A DNA stretch of 60,968 nucleotides, from positions 1-60,968 of IMG/VR virus record IMGVR_UViG_3300010296_000008; one strand, given 5' to 3'. Each line of letters starts with the position of its first letter. Within the stretch, counting starts at the first letter, position 1. Shown here piece by piece: positions 26,610-36,949 of the stretch. The DNA comes from a virus (lineage: Duplodnaviria > Caudoviricetes). Made by a program: the position numbers and the translations under genes. The notes under the pieces were generated by a model. The model searched no databases and had not been told where the DNA came from. It saw only the letters and a list, made by a program, of their open reading frames with translations.

Positions 26610-27779
26610 ATGTCTATTGCAATGTCCGAACTCCTTCGTATGGAGGAGCTTGTCCGCATCATTGATGTGTACAACGATAAAGTCGATGATACGCTGAAGG
26701 AGCTTCTCGCTTCTTTCCCGATTATCGATCGTGCACCTGCAGGACTTCCTCTGATGGAGGATGTCATCCGTGATTATGAAAACGGTGTTAATTACACCGA
26801 TGGTGACACTATTGTAGTGTCGGCACGACTTGGAGACTTGTATTCGTCTCCTTATTACAATCGCATCCTTGAGTTGCGATATGGTAACCACAAATTGCAT
26901 TTGACAAAGCGTGGTGGGTTTGCTTTCAGTTCCGCTGATACTCTTTCGGGGTATTATCGACCGAAGCAAAAGAAAACGGCGGTTACTAAGGGTAACAACC
27001 GTACTTCTATGCTGTACGCAGTGACTCTTGATCCGAATATGCGGATTGCTATGTCGCTGAAACTGCATCCTCGTGATATCTCTGCTGAGGAGATTATCCG
27101 TATTGAGTCGAATGACCATAACGTTGATGCGAACTATCGCACCAACCAATCTGGTGATCACCGATTCAAGTCGGCATATTATGCTCGCGAAGATTGGGCA
27201 CAACAGCTGTACGACTTCGCAAAACCTTTCTCTATCGGTATCGCTGGAACTTTGCCTGAAGCAAACTTCCACTGTCCTTCCAGTTCCTATCTTGCTAAGT
27301 CACGTAAGGAAGCAGGAGACGAGTATACCAAGCGTTATTTGAAGGCATTTACCGAGAATAACTGTTCTAAAGAGATCGGTGGGAGCTGCACCGTCGCTGG
27401 TGCAATGTTCCTGAAGTACTTTGCCAATTACATCGCCAAGATCGATGAGCTGAATAACTGCGATTCGTTTGCGGAGTGTTTGCGGTATTACTTCAAAGAC
27501 TGGGGTAGGATTGCATCGCAGATCTATCCTAAAGCACGTAATGTCACTCAAGAAGACATTACTGGCGCTACCACTGACTACAAGAAGTGGGAACCTGCTG
27601 TTGCTCGTTTTGTCTGCCTTTACAATAACTATTGTGAGCGACTTACGATCCCTGGCAATCAGGAAACTGCTATTCCCTTCAAGGGATCTGCTAGTAGTTC
27701 TTGGGTTCGCTTCCTCTCTGATGCTAACTCACTGATTCGTCCTCAACTGCAGAATATTGCAGAACAGAAGTTCTTCTAA
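26610..27779 (+). CDS. Hypothetical protein, divergent ParB/Srx-like fold
   Basis: YYNR...GGF...RP...VTKGNNR spacing resembles the YQR...DGQHR pattern of ParB-like (DUF6551-type) domains. Confidence 0.5.
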   Translation: MSIAMSELLRMEELVRIIDVYNDKVDDTLKELLASFPIIDRAPAGLPLMEDVIRDYENGVNYTDGDTIVVSARLGDLYSSPYYNRILELRYGNHKLHLTKRGGFAFSSADTLSGYYRPKQKKTAVTKGNNRTSMLYAVTLDPNMRIAMSLKLHPRDISAEEIIRIESNDHNVDANYRTNQSGDHRFKSAYYAREDWAQQLYDFAKPFSIGIAGTLPEANFHCPSSSYLAKSRKEAGDEYTKRYLKAFTENNCSKEIGGSCTVAGAMFLKYFANYIAKIDELNNCDSFAECLRYYFKDWGRIASQIYPKARNVTQEDITGATTDYKKWEPAVARFVCLYNNYCERLTIPGNQETAIPFKGSASSSWVRFLSDANSLIRPQLQNIAEQKFF

Positions 27780-27808
27780 ATAATGCGGGTCCGCAAGGAC
27801 CCATCCAT

Positions 27809-27881
27809 TCCTCTATAGCTCAGTCGGTAGAGCGTCTGACTGTTAATCAGAATGTCCCTGGTTCGAGCCCAGGTGGAGGAG
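27809..27881 (+). tRNA. tRNA-Asn(GTT)
   Basis: Acceptor TCCTCTA/TGGAGGA, anticodon arm TCTGA-CTGTTAA-TCAGA, TTCGAGC T-loop. Confidence 0.95.
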
Positions 27882-27898
27882 TTTCTTATTGTTTTATT

Positions 27899-28096
27899 AT
27901 GCATTACAAACCTTATTCACAAGAGTGGCATAGATACCGTTATCTCAAGGAAGCACTAGATAAATATCTAGATGATGGTATAGATCCTACCTTTATTATG
28001 GATGACATTCGTGACATCCTGCATATTCGCTCCGAAGCAGCGTACCAAGAGTTTCATAGGATTAACCAGCTAGAGCACTACCTATCGGATGAATAA
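27899..28096 (+). CDS. Hypothetical protein
   Basis: YKPYSQEWHR.RYLKEA ORF. Confidence 0.75.
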   Translation: MHYKPYSQEWHRYRYLKEALDKYLDDGIDPTFIMDDIRDILHIRSEAAYQEFHRINQLEHYLSDE

Positions 28097-28098
28097 AT

Positions 28099-28416
28099 AT
28101 GCTTTCTACTCAATACAGATTGCGATTAGAGTTTATTTGTAAGCGTATTGTAAATGGGGAAGAAGTTAAATTAGAGGATATGATTTGGTCGAATAAATTA
28201 GCGAAAGCTAATACGACCGCTAACGAAATGCTTAAAAAAGCAAGACGAATGGCTATGAATCCTGATATGCAGGAGGGTAGTATGGATGATTTTATGAATA
28301 GGATGGGACTAGGAGACCCCGACCCATCCAACCATAGAACGGGGTTCCAATCTGCAGATGAGATTGTAGATTGGTTTCAAAGAGATAAACCTGATGATTG
28401 GAGACAACGTGACTGA
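28099..28416 (+). CDS. Conserved cyanophage hypothetical protein
   Basis: MLSTQYRLRLE.IC..., GDPDPSNH, DWRQRD. Confidence 0.8.
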   Translation: MLSTQYRLRLEFICKRIVNGEEVKLEDMIWSNKLAKANTTANEMLKKARRMAMNPDMQEGSMDDFMNRMGLGDPDPSNHRTGFQSADEIVDWFQRDKPDDWRQRD

Positions 28417-28750
28417 TTACGACTACCAAGTCATTGATAAAGAAGGTAATATTACCAACTATGTCTGGTGTGACGAAATGAGAAAAATGATGGTTGTTGA
28501 AAAAACTATGGCGGAAACAGCGGTAATTTATTCGAATGGCAGTCAAGAGTGTGAGCGTATGTCTATGCTCCTTAAATCTCTTAACGGTGAATTTCACGAA
28601 TATCTTTTGGGGGTTAACTTTAGCGATAGGCAATTTCGCCAAGAATTTGGTCCTGATGCAACATATCCCCAGGTTGCTCTAGGATCTAAACATATTGGAG
28701 ATATGAAGACAACACTTCAATATATGAAAGACAAAGGATTGTTTGTCTGA
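28409..28750 (+). CDS. Glutaredoxin-like protein (single Cys)
   Basis: VIYS..SQEC and ATYPQV...HIG motifs; start uncertain (GTG 28409 or ATG 28508). Confidence 0.7.
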   Translation: MTDYDYQVIDKEGNITNYVWCDEMRKMMVVEKTMAETAVIYSNGSQECERMSMLLKSLNGEFHEYLLGVNFSDRQFRQEFGPDATYPQVALGSKHIGDMKTTLQYMKDKGLFV

Positions 28751-28791
28751 TAAATACCGAAAGGATATCCACCACTATAATATTTTAGGTA

Positions 28792-31700
28792 ATGGCACTT
28801 ACCAGACTAGAGAATTTAATTTCCAGTAAGACTGGACGTTTTGTTTACGTTTCTCCTGATGACTTTAACGCATCGGATGATGTGAACAATAGGGGTAACT
28901 CTCCTACTAGACCCTTTAAGAGTATTCAGCGAGCTTTCTTAGAAGTCGCTAGATTCTCATATAAATCTGGTCCTGATAATGACCGATTTGACGAGTTTAC
29001 AGTGGTGCTGTCTCCTGGAGATCACTATATTGATAACCGTCCTGGTGTTGTAAGTGCCTCTCAGATTCCTGATTTCAATACCAATGTGAACTTCGATCTG
29101 GGTAACTCCCAGAACGATCTGTATAAGTTCAACTCTACTAGTGGTGGTGTTATTGTTCCCAGAGGTACTTCTCTGGTGGGTATGGATCTTAGAAAGACTA
29201 AGATTCGTCCTCTGTATGTGCCAAACCCAACTGATACTAGCATCCCACACACGTCCATCTTTAACGTGACGGGTGGTTGCTATTTCTGGCAATTCTCCAT
29301 TTTTGATGGTAAGCAGAAGGTCTACTTCGATACATCTGGTAATAAAGCAGATCCGACTTTCTCACACCACAAAATTACAATCTTTGAGTTTGCAGATGCT
29401 GAAGATCTGGAGCTCTTCTACGATAAGATTGGCGATGCATATAAGAATATGGTCGTCGATATCAACGTCGATGGCGCTATTGCTGAGACAGACCTGGAAA
29501 ACCGTATTGTGGGTCCGCTGTCTGACAAGAAGGTCATCGAGTCGATCACTCCTCAGGCACTGGGTGGCAACGCAACTGAAATTAGGGTCAAGACAAAAGC
29601 GCCTCACGGTTACTTTGTGGGTCAGTTTGTTACTATTGACGATACTGGACTGACCAATGATCTGCACGGTTCATTCCTGATCACTCGTCTGGATCCCGCT
29701 GATAACACTCTCTTCTACTATCGTGTTAACAGCAGTATCACTTCTTTGATCTCTGGTACAACATATACAACAGCTTCTCTTCCTCCGAACAGACTGAACG
29801 AGAACGCTATTGTTCAGGCAGAGATTGATACTGTTGACTCTGCATCTCCTTATATCTTTAACCTGTCGATTCGTTCTACCTGGGGTCTCTGCGGTATGCA
29901 CGCAGATGGTTCTAAGGTGACTGGTTTCAAGTCGATGGTGACTGCGCAGTACACTGGTGTGTCGCTGCAGAAAGACGACCGTGCATTTACCAAGTTTAAC
30001 GAAGAGACTGCACAGTTTGAATCAGCTTGGAACGGCGTTGCTGTTACCGATCCTGAAGAACTGTCTACTGGTTCGTTTGCTACAACTCCCTACCACACTG
30101 ATGGTAGAGCATACTTTAAGAATGAGTGGCGTAATGCTCACGTTCGACTGTCTAACGATGCATTCGTTCAGGCGGTGTCGATCTTCGCTGTGGGTTTTGC
30201 AGACCACTTCTTGATTGAGTCTGGTGCTGACATCTCGATCACCAACTCTAACTCTAACTTCGGTAACACCGCTCTGGATGCTATCGGTTACAAGGGTTTT
30301 GCTTTCTTCCAAGATAAGCACGGTTTTGTTACCGATATTGTTCCTCCCGAGACAATCGATCTTGACGATACCACTCAACCTCCTTACTATGGTATCGATA
30401 TTCTAGCTTCGAAAGAACCTTCTGGTTCTACTCGTGTATATCTGTCTGGTGAAGCTGAGGAAGTTTCTGATCCTGACAACACTCCTACTTACATCCTGCA
30501 GGATTATAAGATCGGCAGTAAGCGTCTGGACAGAATTTATGCCAAACTGGATCCCGACATCACCGCTGGTGAGTCTGGTCCTCAGGAGAAGTCTGCTCAG
30601 ATGTTCCCCTCTGGTTTTGACACCTACACAGTGAGCACTCTGTCCACCGCCACACAGTCGGTGCAGAATGCCCAGGGCGAGACGATCACCTATCGTGCCA
30701 CTATCTTCACCTGTCCTGAGTCACACGGTCTCTATACAGGCACCCCAGTGCGCCTGGTGCCCATTAGAACCAATTCTAGCGTCTCTGACGAACTGGTTAG
30801 ACTGCCTAAGGGTCTGGAACCCAATACGATCTACTACATCATCGCTCCTGGTCGCCACACAGCACCAGTTCCTCCCGATCAGACCTTCCCGACAGAAGAC
30901 CTGAACACCTTCCTGCTGGCAGCATCCGAGGATGACGCTGCTGCTGGTAACGCAATTCACATTCCTGAGGCACTGAACTCTGGTGTTCAAATTGAGATGT
31001 ATCAGTACATCTTTGATGTGAACCCGACTCCTTTCAAGTACAAAGTTACTGTTGCTGATCCTGCAACTAACGAGTTTACCCTGGAGTCTGCACACGTTTT
31101 TGATAAGGGTTTTGCTACCAAGGCAGCAACTCCTGTCTTCTTCCGTGCTAAGCCTGGTTCGCAACTGCCTGGTGGTATTGATGCGAACAAGATGTATTAT
31201 GCCATCTACGATAATACTGGTGGCAACATTAATAAGTTTAAGGTTGCGGAAACTGCAGCACTTGCTATTCAGGGTGGTGGTATTCCTTATTCCTTCACTT
31301 CCAGCGGTACTGTTGGTGTGAATGGTCAGGATGAGATCTATGTATTCTCCTGCAATACTAGACATCCCCTGAGATATGACCCCGAGATGACTGCATCTCC
31401 TGGTCGTAATGGTCTGTGGTATCTGAACGTTCTTAATACTACACAGCAACCTAACACAATCTTTACTCGTGTTTCTACACTTGATGAGTATGTCAACGAA
31501 GAAGTCATCACAACTTCCAACACCTACATCAAGCGTGTCAACGATCGCCGTAGGGAAGATGATCGTATCTACAGATTCAGATACGTTGTTCCTAAGGAAA
31601 TCGACAACGTGCGAGAGCCGCTGCTCGGTTATGTCCTTAAGGTCAGAACTGACGAAAATAGAAGACTGAGACCCCAGAGAGTTGTTCTGGAAGCTGTTGA

Positions 31701-34700
31701 CGGCACTCCTGATCTTCCTGTATTCTATGGCGAAAGTCCTACTATTGACCCTAATGGGGATAACTTAGAAATTCAGAATGACTATAACTATGATCCTTAT
31801 CTGACTGGCAATAGTAAGTCTCTGGTTTCCGACTGTGGCATCAAATTTACTATTGAGTCTGCTAGAGAGAAGCAAATTAATGGTGCTAATCGTATTGAAC
31901 TGACAGTCTTCGATCACACTATTAACACTAGTGTTGCTGCTGGTACAGCTCTGTCATCTGGTACAATCCTGACTGAAGTTAGACTGAACAGTGTTGCTGG
32001 TTCTGGATTCACTCTGGGTCTGTCTGTTGCTTGGTCTGGTTTCTCTGATAGTAGTGAAATTAGCGGTAGACTGCCTGTTGTTCATAAGGTTTATGTTGAG
32101 GGTGGCGTTACCCGTCTGATTCTGCGTAGTGATTTCTCTCTGCTGCAGTATCTCAAGTTCGATTCTGGTACTGCAACTATTCTTGCTAGCGGCGGTGCAA
32201 CTGGTATCCTGGCAGAGAAACCCAATGGCGGTCGTGACGACTTTACCGATTATGCTCAGGATCTGGGTAGACAGTATGTTATTCGTAATGCCCCTGTTTA
32301 CACTCTGACCCCTGGTGATTTTGTTCGTGACGAAGCTGATGGTAACCAGAAAGATTATAAGATCGTCAGTGTCGAAGATCTCGATGAGATTGAGAACACT
32401 TTCTATGTGTATCGTGTTAAGACTCTGCGTCGCAGAATCTACAACCAGCAGGATGGTATTTACTATCTGACTTGTCTGCGTGGTGACTTCTCTCCATCTG
32501 TTTCCGAGTTCAATAGCTTCAAGTTTGGTCATCCTACCGAAAGACTGTATCCTGAACTCTTTGCTGACGATCCACTGTGGTTTGACCCCGATGGTGATGG
32601 ATCGCAAGTTAAAGACGCTCCTTCTACCATCTCCGTTGCTGACAACTATGTCCACGGTCTTGTCGTTGCAAATGACAACAAGAACAGCATTACTAGAGAA
32701 GCAGTTGCTAACTTCCTGGAGAATATTGGTAGAGATTCTATTATTACTCTGGAAGCACAAGATGGTAAAGCTGTTGCCTCTCGTGAAGATCGTTTGATCG
32801 GTATTGAAGGTAATAGCACTGCTATTGCTGATCGCCGTATCTACGTTGAGTTGCGTCGTCCTTCTCAGGCACGTTCTGGTAACCACACCTTTGAATACAC
32901 TGGTTTCGGTCCTGGTAACTATTCTACTGCATTCCCCTCTAGACAGGAGTATGTGCTCTCTGATGATGAAGTCCTGTTCTCTCAGGCGAAGCGTCAAGAC
33001 GGTGGTGTGGTCTTCTACTCTGGTCTGAACGCTAATGGTGACCTGTTTGTGGGTAACCAGCGTATCAACGCTATCTCTGGTGAAGAAACTAAGATTGATG
33101 ATTCGATCCTGAGAGTTGCTGGTGAGAACGTTGACGAAGAGTCGAACACCAATGACATCACAGTTGATACTCTGACTGTCAATAATAAAGTCAAGTTTGA
33201 CCTGATTAATGACTTCCAGATCTCTGCACCTGGCGGTACATTCTTCTCCACCCCTGTTACGATTGAGGTGGGTGATCAGTTTGCTAACAGCAGCGATGAT
33301 CCTGGTTCTCTGACAATCAAGTCTGTTGCTAACACTGGTATTTCTAGTGTTGACCCTGCACTGGTTGAGACTGATATGGTCTTCAACCCTCCCTTCAAAC
33401 CGAATACTATTCAGTTTGCTGTTTGGGAACTCAATCCTAGAAACGTTTCTTCTGGTCTTACCTATTCGATTAAAGCATCTAAGGACAAGACAGTTCCTGC
33501 TTCTGAAAGCTTTAAGCAAGAAGGTACAATTGAATTCCGTGGTACTGAAACAGTTGGTGAAGCACATAGAATTGCTAACATCAACTACAACACCACGCTG
33601 GGTTGGATCTGGTGTCAGATTGGCGGTTTCCAACAGGGTGAAACTCCTTCTTATGGATGGAGAGAGTGGGGTCTGATTGGTGCTGATGCACTGACTACAT
33701 ACACCACTGGTGCTGGTTCTACTTCGACTGCTACAGGTAGCGATATGCGCCTGGGTGTCAACCTGAAGAACACTCGCGTTACCAACGGTAGTGTGGTTCC
33801 TCAGCAAACTCTGGACGTTGAGGGTTCTGGTATCTTCCGCAACTCTCTGTGGGTTGGTGGTGATAACTTGAACCCCGCAGGTATTCACGCTTTCCGTGTC
33901 TTCGATGACGACGGCAACGGTGTGGGTCGTGTTTCTATCAACACTGGTGATACTACCGAGGTTCAAGCGAATGTCGGTCTCTGGGTTGGTGGTGATGTTG
34001 TGGTTCGTGCTGCGAATGCTGGCACTGGCGAGGTTGAGTCTGTTGGCGGTGGTCAAACTGATGGCAACTTGACAATTGACGGCACACTGACAGCTCTTAG
34101 CAATGGTTCTCACGAACTGGTTGGTGACCTGACTGTTACTAAGGATCTGTATGTCCGTGGCGGTAACGCTAAGATGTATCGTCTTGATAGCGATACTACT
34201 ACAGATAACCTGCGCATTGATATCAAGCAAGATGATCTAGATCGCGCTAACAACTATGCTACCTTCCAAGGTCAGAACTTGGTTGTTGGTGATGCAGAAT
34301 GGAGCAATGATCATTTTGATGATGCTTCTACTGCGAAGCTTGTAATCAAAGCAGATGGTTCCGCTCGTATCGGTGATGCTGATGGCGGTATCCAGATGGA
34401 TCTCAACAGTAATGTGTCTATCGGTGAGGCAACTCCTGATGCTACACAAAGACTGTGGGTTAATGGTTCTACCAAGATCGAAATCAGCTCCACTGAGCAA
34501 ATCACTGTCTTTGATGGCACAGATCTGCGTCTTAAGATGGTGCCTACTGGTCAGATTGACTTTGTTGGTGATGGTACTGAATCTGATCCTAACTCCAGAA
34601 TGCACTCTACTGGTGCTCTGACTCTGGGTGATGATTTTACTGTCCGTAAGACAGATATCAATGCAGATATCACCTTCTTGATTGATTCTGCTACAGGTAA

Positions 34701-35274
34701 TACCACCATCGGTAATGATGCTGATGATAGTGGTACTCTGAGAGTCCACAGTACTGCACAATCTAATGATAATGACAGCGGTGCTGTTGTTGTTGACGGT
34801 GGAGTTGGTATTGCTAAGAATGTCAATCTTGGCGGTAATCTCGATGCTGATGGTAACATCACTGCAAATGGCGGTGGTCTAGATATTAATAATAATGGCA
34901 CCAACAACTTCAAGGTTGCTAGCGATGGTACCATTGATGTTAACCAAGTTACTGGTTACTTTACACCTACTGCTGGTCGTCGTTGGGATGAAGTTAGCGC
35001 TAACTCCAACCTGGAAGCAAACGTTAACTACTATGTGACTACATTTGGTGGTGCTAGTATCACCCTAACACTTCCTGCTACTGCGCAGAAGGGCGATCAG
35101 ATTCGTGTTCTTGACGTGACTGATGCTCTGACTTATAATAAGTCCATCATTATTTCTGCTGGCGTTCCTGTTCAGGGCGCTTCGGACGGTCAGTTAGTGA
35201 TCCAGACTCCTGGCGCTGGTTTTGGTCTTCTTTATATCAATGCACTTATCGGTTGGCGTTTAATTGAACTCTAA
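28792..35274 (+). CDS. Large virion structural / tail-fibre scaffold protein, 2160 aa
   Basis: ATAAATA at 28750; PFKSIQRA and GPGNYSTAFP motifs; fibre-like repeats; C-terminal gp9/gp10-like LTLP...GD.I...D...GW domain. Confidence 0.8.
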   Translation: MALTRLENLISSKTGRFVYVSPDDFNASDDVNNRGNSPTRPFKSIQRAFLEVARFSYKSGPDNDRFDEFTVVLSPGDHYIDNRPGVVSASQIPDFNTNVNFDLGNSQNDLYKFNSTSGGVIVPRGTSLVGMDLRKTKIRPLYVPNPTDTSIPHTSIFNVTGGCYFWQFSIFDGKQKVYFDTSGNKADPTFSHHKITIFEFADAEDLELFYDKIGDAYKNMVVDINVDGAIAETDLENRIVGPLSDKKVIESITPQALGGNATEIRVKTKAPHGYFVGQFVTIDDTGLTNDLHGSFLITRLDPADNTLFYYRVNSSITSLISGTTYTTASLPPNRLNENAIVQAEIDTVDSASPYIFNLSIRSTWGLCGMHADGSKVTGFKSMVTAQYTGVSLQKDDRAFTKFNEETAQFESAWNGVAVTDPEELSTGSFATTPYHTDGRAYFKNEWRNAHVRLSNDAFVQAVSIFAVGFADHFLIESGADISITNSNSNFGNTALDAIGYKGFAFFQDKHGFVTDIVPPETIDLDDTTQPPYYGIDILASKEPSGSTRVYLSGEAEEVSDPDNTPTYILQDYKIGSKRLDRIYAKLDPDITAGESGPQEKSAQMFPSGFDTYTVSTLSTATQSVQNAQGETITYRATIFTCPESHGLYTGTPVRLVPIRTNSSVSDELVRLPKGLEPNTIYYIIAPGRHTAPVPPDQTFPTEDLNTFLLAASEDDAAAGNAIHIPEALNSGVQIEMYQYIFDVNPTPFKYKVTVADPATNEFTLESAHVFDKGFATKAATPVFFRAKPGSQLPGGIDANKMYYAIYDNTGGNINKFKVAETAALAIQGGGIPYSFTSSGTVGVNGQDEIYVFSCNTRHPLRYDPEMTASPGRNGLWYLNVLNTTQQPNTIFTRVSTLDEYVNEEVITTSNTYIKRVNDRRREDDRIYRFRYVVPKEIDNVREPLLGYVLKVRTDENRRLRPQRVVLEAVDGTPDLPVFYGESPTIDPNGDNLEIQNDYNYDPYLTGNSKSLVSDCGIKFTIESAREKQINGANRIELTVFDHTINTSVAAGTALSSGTILTEVRLNSVAGSGFTLGLSVAWSGFSDSSEISGRLPVVHKVYVEGGVTRLILRSDFSLLQYLKFDSGTATILASGGATGILAEKPNGGRDDFTDYAQDLGRQYVIRNAPVYTLTPGDFVRDEADGNQKDYKIVSVEDLDEIENTFYVYRVKTLRRRIYNQQDGIYYLTCLRGDFSPSVSEFNSFKFGHPTERLYPELFADDPLWFDPDGDGSQVKDAPSTISVADNYVHGLVVANDNKNSITREAVANFLENIGRDSIITLEAQDGKAVASREDRLIGIEGNSTAIADRRIYVELRRPSQARSGNHTFEYTGFGPGNYSTAFPSRQEYVLSDDEVLFSQAKRQDGGVVFYSGLNANGDLFVGNQRINAISGEETKIDDSILRVAGENVDEESNTNDITVDTLTVNNKVKFDLINDFQISAPGGTFFSTPVTIEVGDQFANSSDDPGSLTIKSVANTGISSVDPALVETDMVFNPPFKPNTIQFAVWELNPRNVSSGLTYSIKASKDKTVPASESFKQEGTIEFRGTETVGEAHRIANINYNTTLGWIWCQIGGFQQGETPSYGWREWGLIGADALTTYTTGAGSTSTATGSDMRLGVNLKNTRVTNGSVVPQQTLDVEGSGIFRNSLWVGGDNLNPAGIHAFRVFDDDGNGVGRVSINTGDTTEVQANVGLWVGGDVVVRAANAGTGEVESVGGGQTDGNLTIDGTLTALSNGSHELVGDLTVTKDLYVRGGNAKMYRLDSDTTTDNLRIDIKQDDLDRANNYATFQGQNLVVGDAEWSNDHFDDASTAKLVIKADGSARIGDADGGIQMDLNSNVSIGEATPDATQRLWVNGSTKIEISSTEQITVFDGTDLRLKMVPTGQIDFVGDGTESDPNSRMHSTGALTLGDDFTVRKTDINADITFLIDSATGNTTIGNDADDSGTLRVHSTAQSNDNDSGAVVVDGGVGIAKNVNLGGNLDADGNITANGGGLDINNNGTNNFKVASDGTIDVNQVTGYFTPTAGRRWDEVSANSNLEANVNYYVTTFGGASITLTLPATAQKGDQIRVLDVTDALTYNKSIIISAGVPVQGASDGQLVIQTPGAGFGLLYINALIGWRLIEL

Positions 35275-36065
35275 TGGGAAAAAATCTAGCAGAAGTTCGC
35301 GGATTTAAAAATGCCGCGATTGGTACAATTATGGCGTGGACTGGGGGGAATGGCGACGTTCCCCACGGATGGATAGAATGTGATGGTGGTACGTATAGTA
35401 ATGATCAATATCCTCTGTTAAAAGAGGTTATTGGATACACGTATGGTGGATCTGATGCATCTAGTACATTTTCAGTTCCTAGCTTGAATAATGGTAAGGT
35501 GCCTTTTCATAAAGGAGGAACCTATAGCGGAACTGGTGGTACCAATAGTGGTAATGTTGGTTTGTATGCTGCCTGGAACGTAGACGGTAAACCAAACAAA
35601 ACAATCACATACGGTCAGTCGGCGTTCAGCAGCAGCTCTATGTGGTCTAAAACTGCATATGTGCAACCTAGGGTTATGTCCTTGGAGAATATGCCAGCAC
35701 ACGGACATAACGTTATCGTTAATAATGTTAATTCCCAGCACGGTGGTACTCCTAGTGCTGAAGAAGGTGGTACAAAATTTCAAACTGCTCGTACTGGTTT
35801 GAATACTGATGGTTTTCTAAGATATACTCCTAGAGTTGGTTGTCCTAACGATGATCAAAACAATCGATTTAGCGTTCCTTCTGGTGCACATAACCACAGC
35901 TCTATCTCATACTCTATGTCTGCTGGATCTTTAGGAGTTCCTCAATATTCTAACAATTATAATAGCGACAATATCTCCCTAAATAATAATCCAGGCTTAG
36001 GAAGTGCTGGTTTGGACTTTACTCCTCCTTATCAAACTGCGATATACATCATCAAAGCATTCTAA
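35274..36065 (+). CDS. Tail-collar short fibre protein
   Basis: IGTIMAW...P.GWIECDG...YPLL..VIG.TYGG...F.VP; HxH motifs; YIIKA end. Confidence 0.88.
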   Translation: MGKNLAEVRGFKNAAIGTIMAWTGGNGDVPHGWIECDGGTYSNDQYPLLKEVIGYTYGGSDASSTFSVPSLNNGKVPFHKGGTYSGTGGTNSGNVGLYAAWNVDGKPNKTITYGQSAFSSSSMWSKTAYVQPRVMSLENMPAHGHNVIVNNVNSQHGGTPSAEEGGTKFQTARTGLNTDGFLRYTPRVGCPNDDQNNRFSVPSGAHNHSSISYSMSAGSLGVPQYSNNYNSDNISLNNNPGLGSAGLDFTPPYQTAIYIIKAF

Positions 36066-36949
36066 TGGCAAAAGTATATTCTAAAGTTAAAGGTGCTCAA
36101 GGTGTTGCCCCAGGGGTTATTGTCCCTTTTTCTAGAGAATGTCAGACTGATAATGAGCGAGAGGAAAGAGTTCCTGGTGGTTATTTGAGATGTGACGGTA
36201 GAGTTTACCAAGCAAGAGATTATCCTTCTCTCGCGAGAGTTATTGGCGTTGGTTCTACTGGTGGTGGATCTGTTGGTGGATGTAAATTTCCTCCTGGTCT
36301 TTCTGGTACTACATTATTAAATCCTTCTTTTGATGCCGATGGTAATTTTACTGGAGGTACATTTGCAGTCCCTAATTTAGGATGTAAAGTTTTAGTTCCC
36401 AGTAGTATTGCTGGTCAACAGTTTGTTGGCAACACGAGGATGTCTGGATCTGGAATTTATGAGAGAGCTGGTATTGGATATCGTGCAATTATTCAATCAG
36501 TAGCGAATAGTTCTTTTAATGGTTCAATTAATGAATCATCATACACCTCATCTATGAGTGGTACTCCATCGTTATCTGTTAGCGGTCAAACATTGAGTAC
36601 AGCATCATTATCTCAATCTAATATTGCTGCTCACGACCACAATTTTTCGTGGAGAGAATCTGATGTTAGAGAAGTTGGTGTTGATACAAATCTCCAAGAT
36701 AATGTAAAAATCGATCTTAGTGGTGTTTTGGTTGAAACTTTTCCTATTGAACACAATGGAGCAGACGTTGTTCATAACCACACGCTTTCAGGATCTGGAA
36801 TTTCCCAAAATCTGAGTTTTACTAGAGATCCTGTAACGATTTCTTTTGCTGGATCTACTGCACAAGCAAACGTGCTTGCGGATTCTAGAGAAAGTCTAGA
36901 TCACGTAACAACACCCTATATGATCGTCGAGTATATTATTAAATTCTAA
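36065..36949 (+). CDS. Tail-collar short fibre protein
   Basis: PG.IVPF, GYLRCDG...YP.LA.VIG, F.VPNL; HxH motifs; EYIIKF end. Confidence 0.88.
   Translation: MAKVYSKVKGAQGVAPGVIVPFSRECQTDNEREERVPGGYLRCDGRVYQARDYPSLARVIGVGSTGGGSVGGCKFPPGLSGTTLLNPSFDADGNFTGGTFAVPNLGCKVLVPSSIAGQQFVGNTRMSGSGIYERAGIGYRAIIQSVANSSFNGSINESSYTSSMSGTPSLSVSGQTLSTASLSQSNIAAHDHNFSWRESDVREVGVDTNLQDNVKIDLSGVLVETFPIEHNGADVVHNHTLSGSGISQNLSFTRDPVTISFAGSTAQANVLADSRESLDHVTTPYMIVEYIIKF

Noticed and set aside
31954-34230. 758-aa minus-strand ORF, and many similar antisense ORFs in the fibre island
   Set aside because: Shadow of the sense gene's codon bias; no recognisable motifs, RBS or promoter
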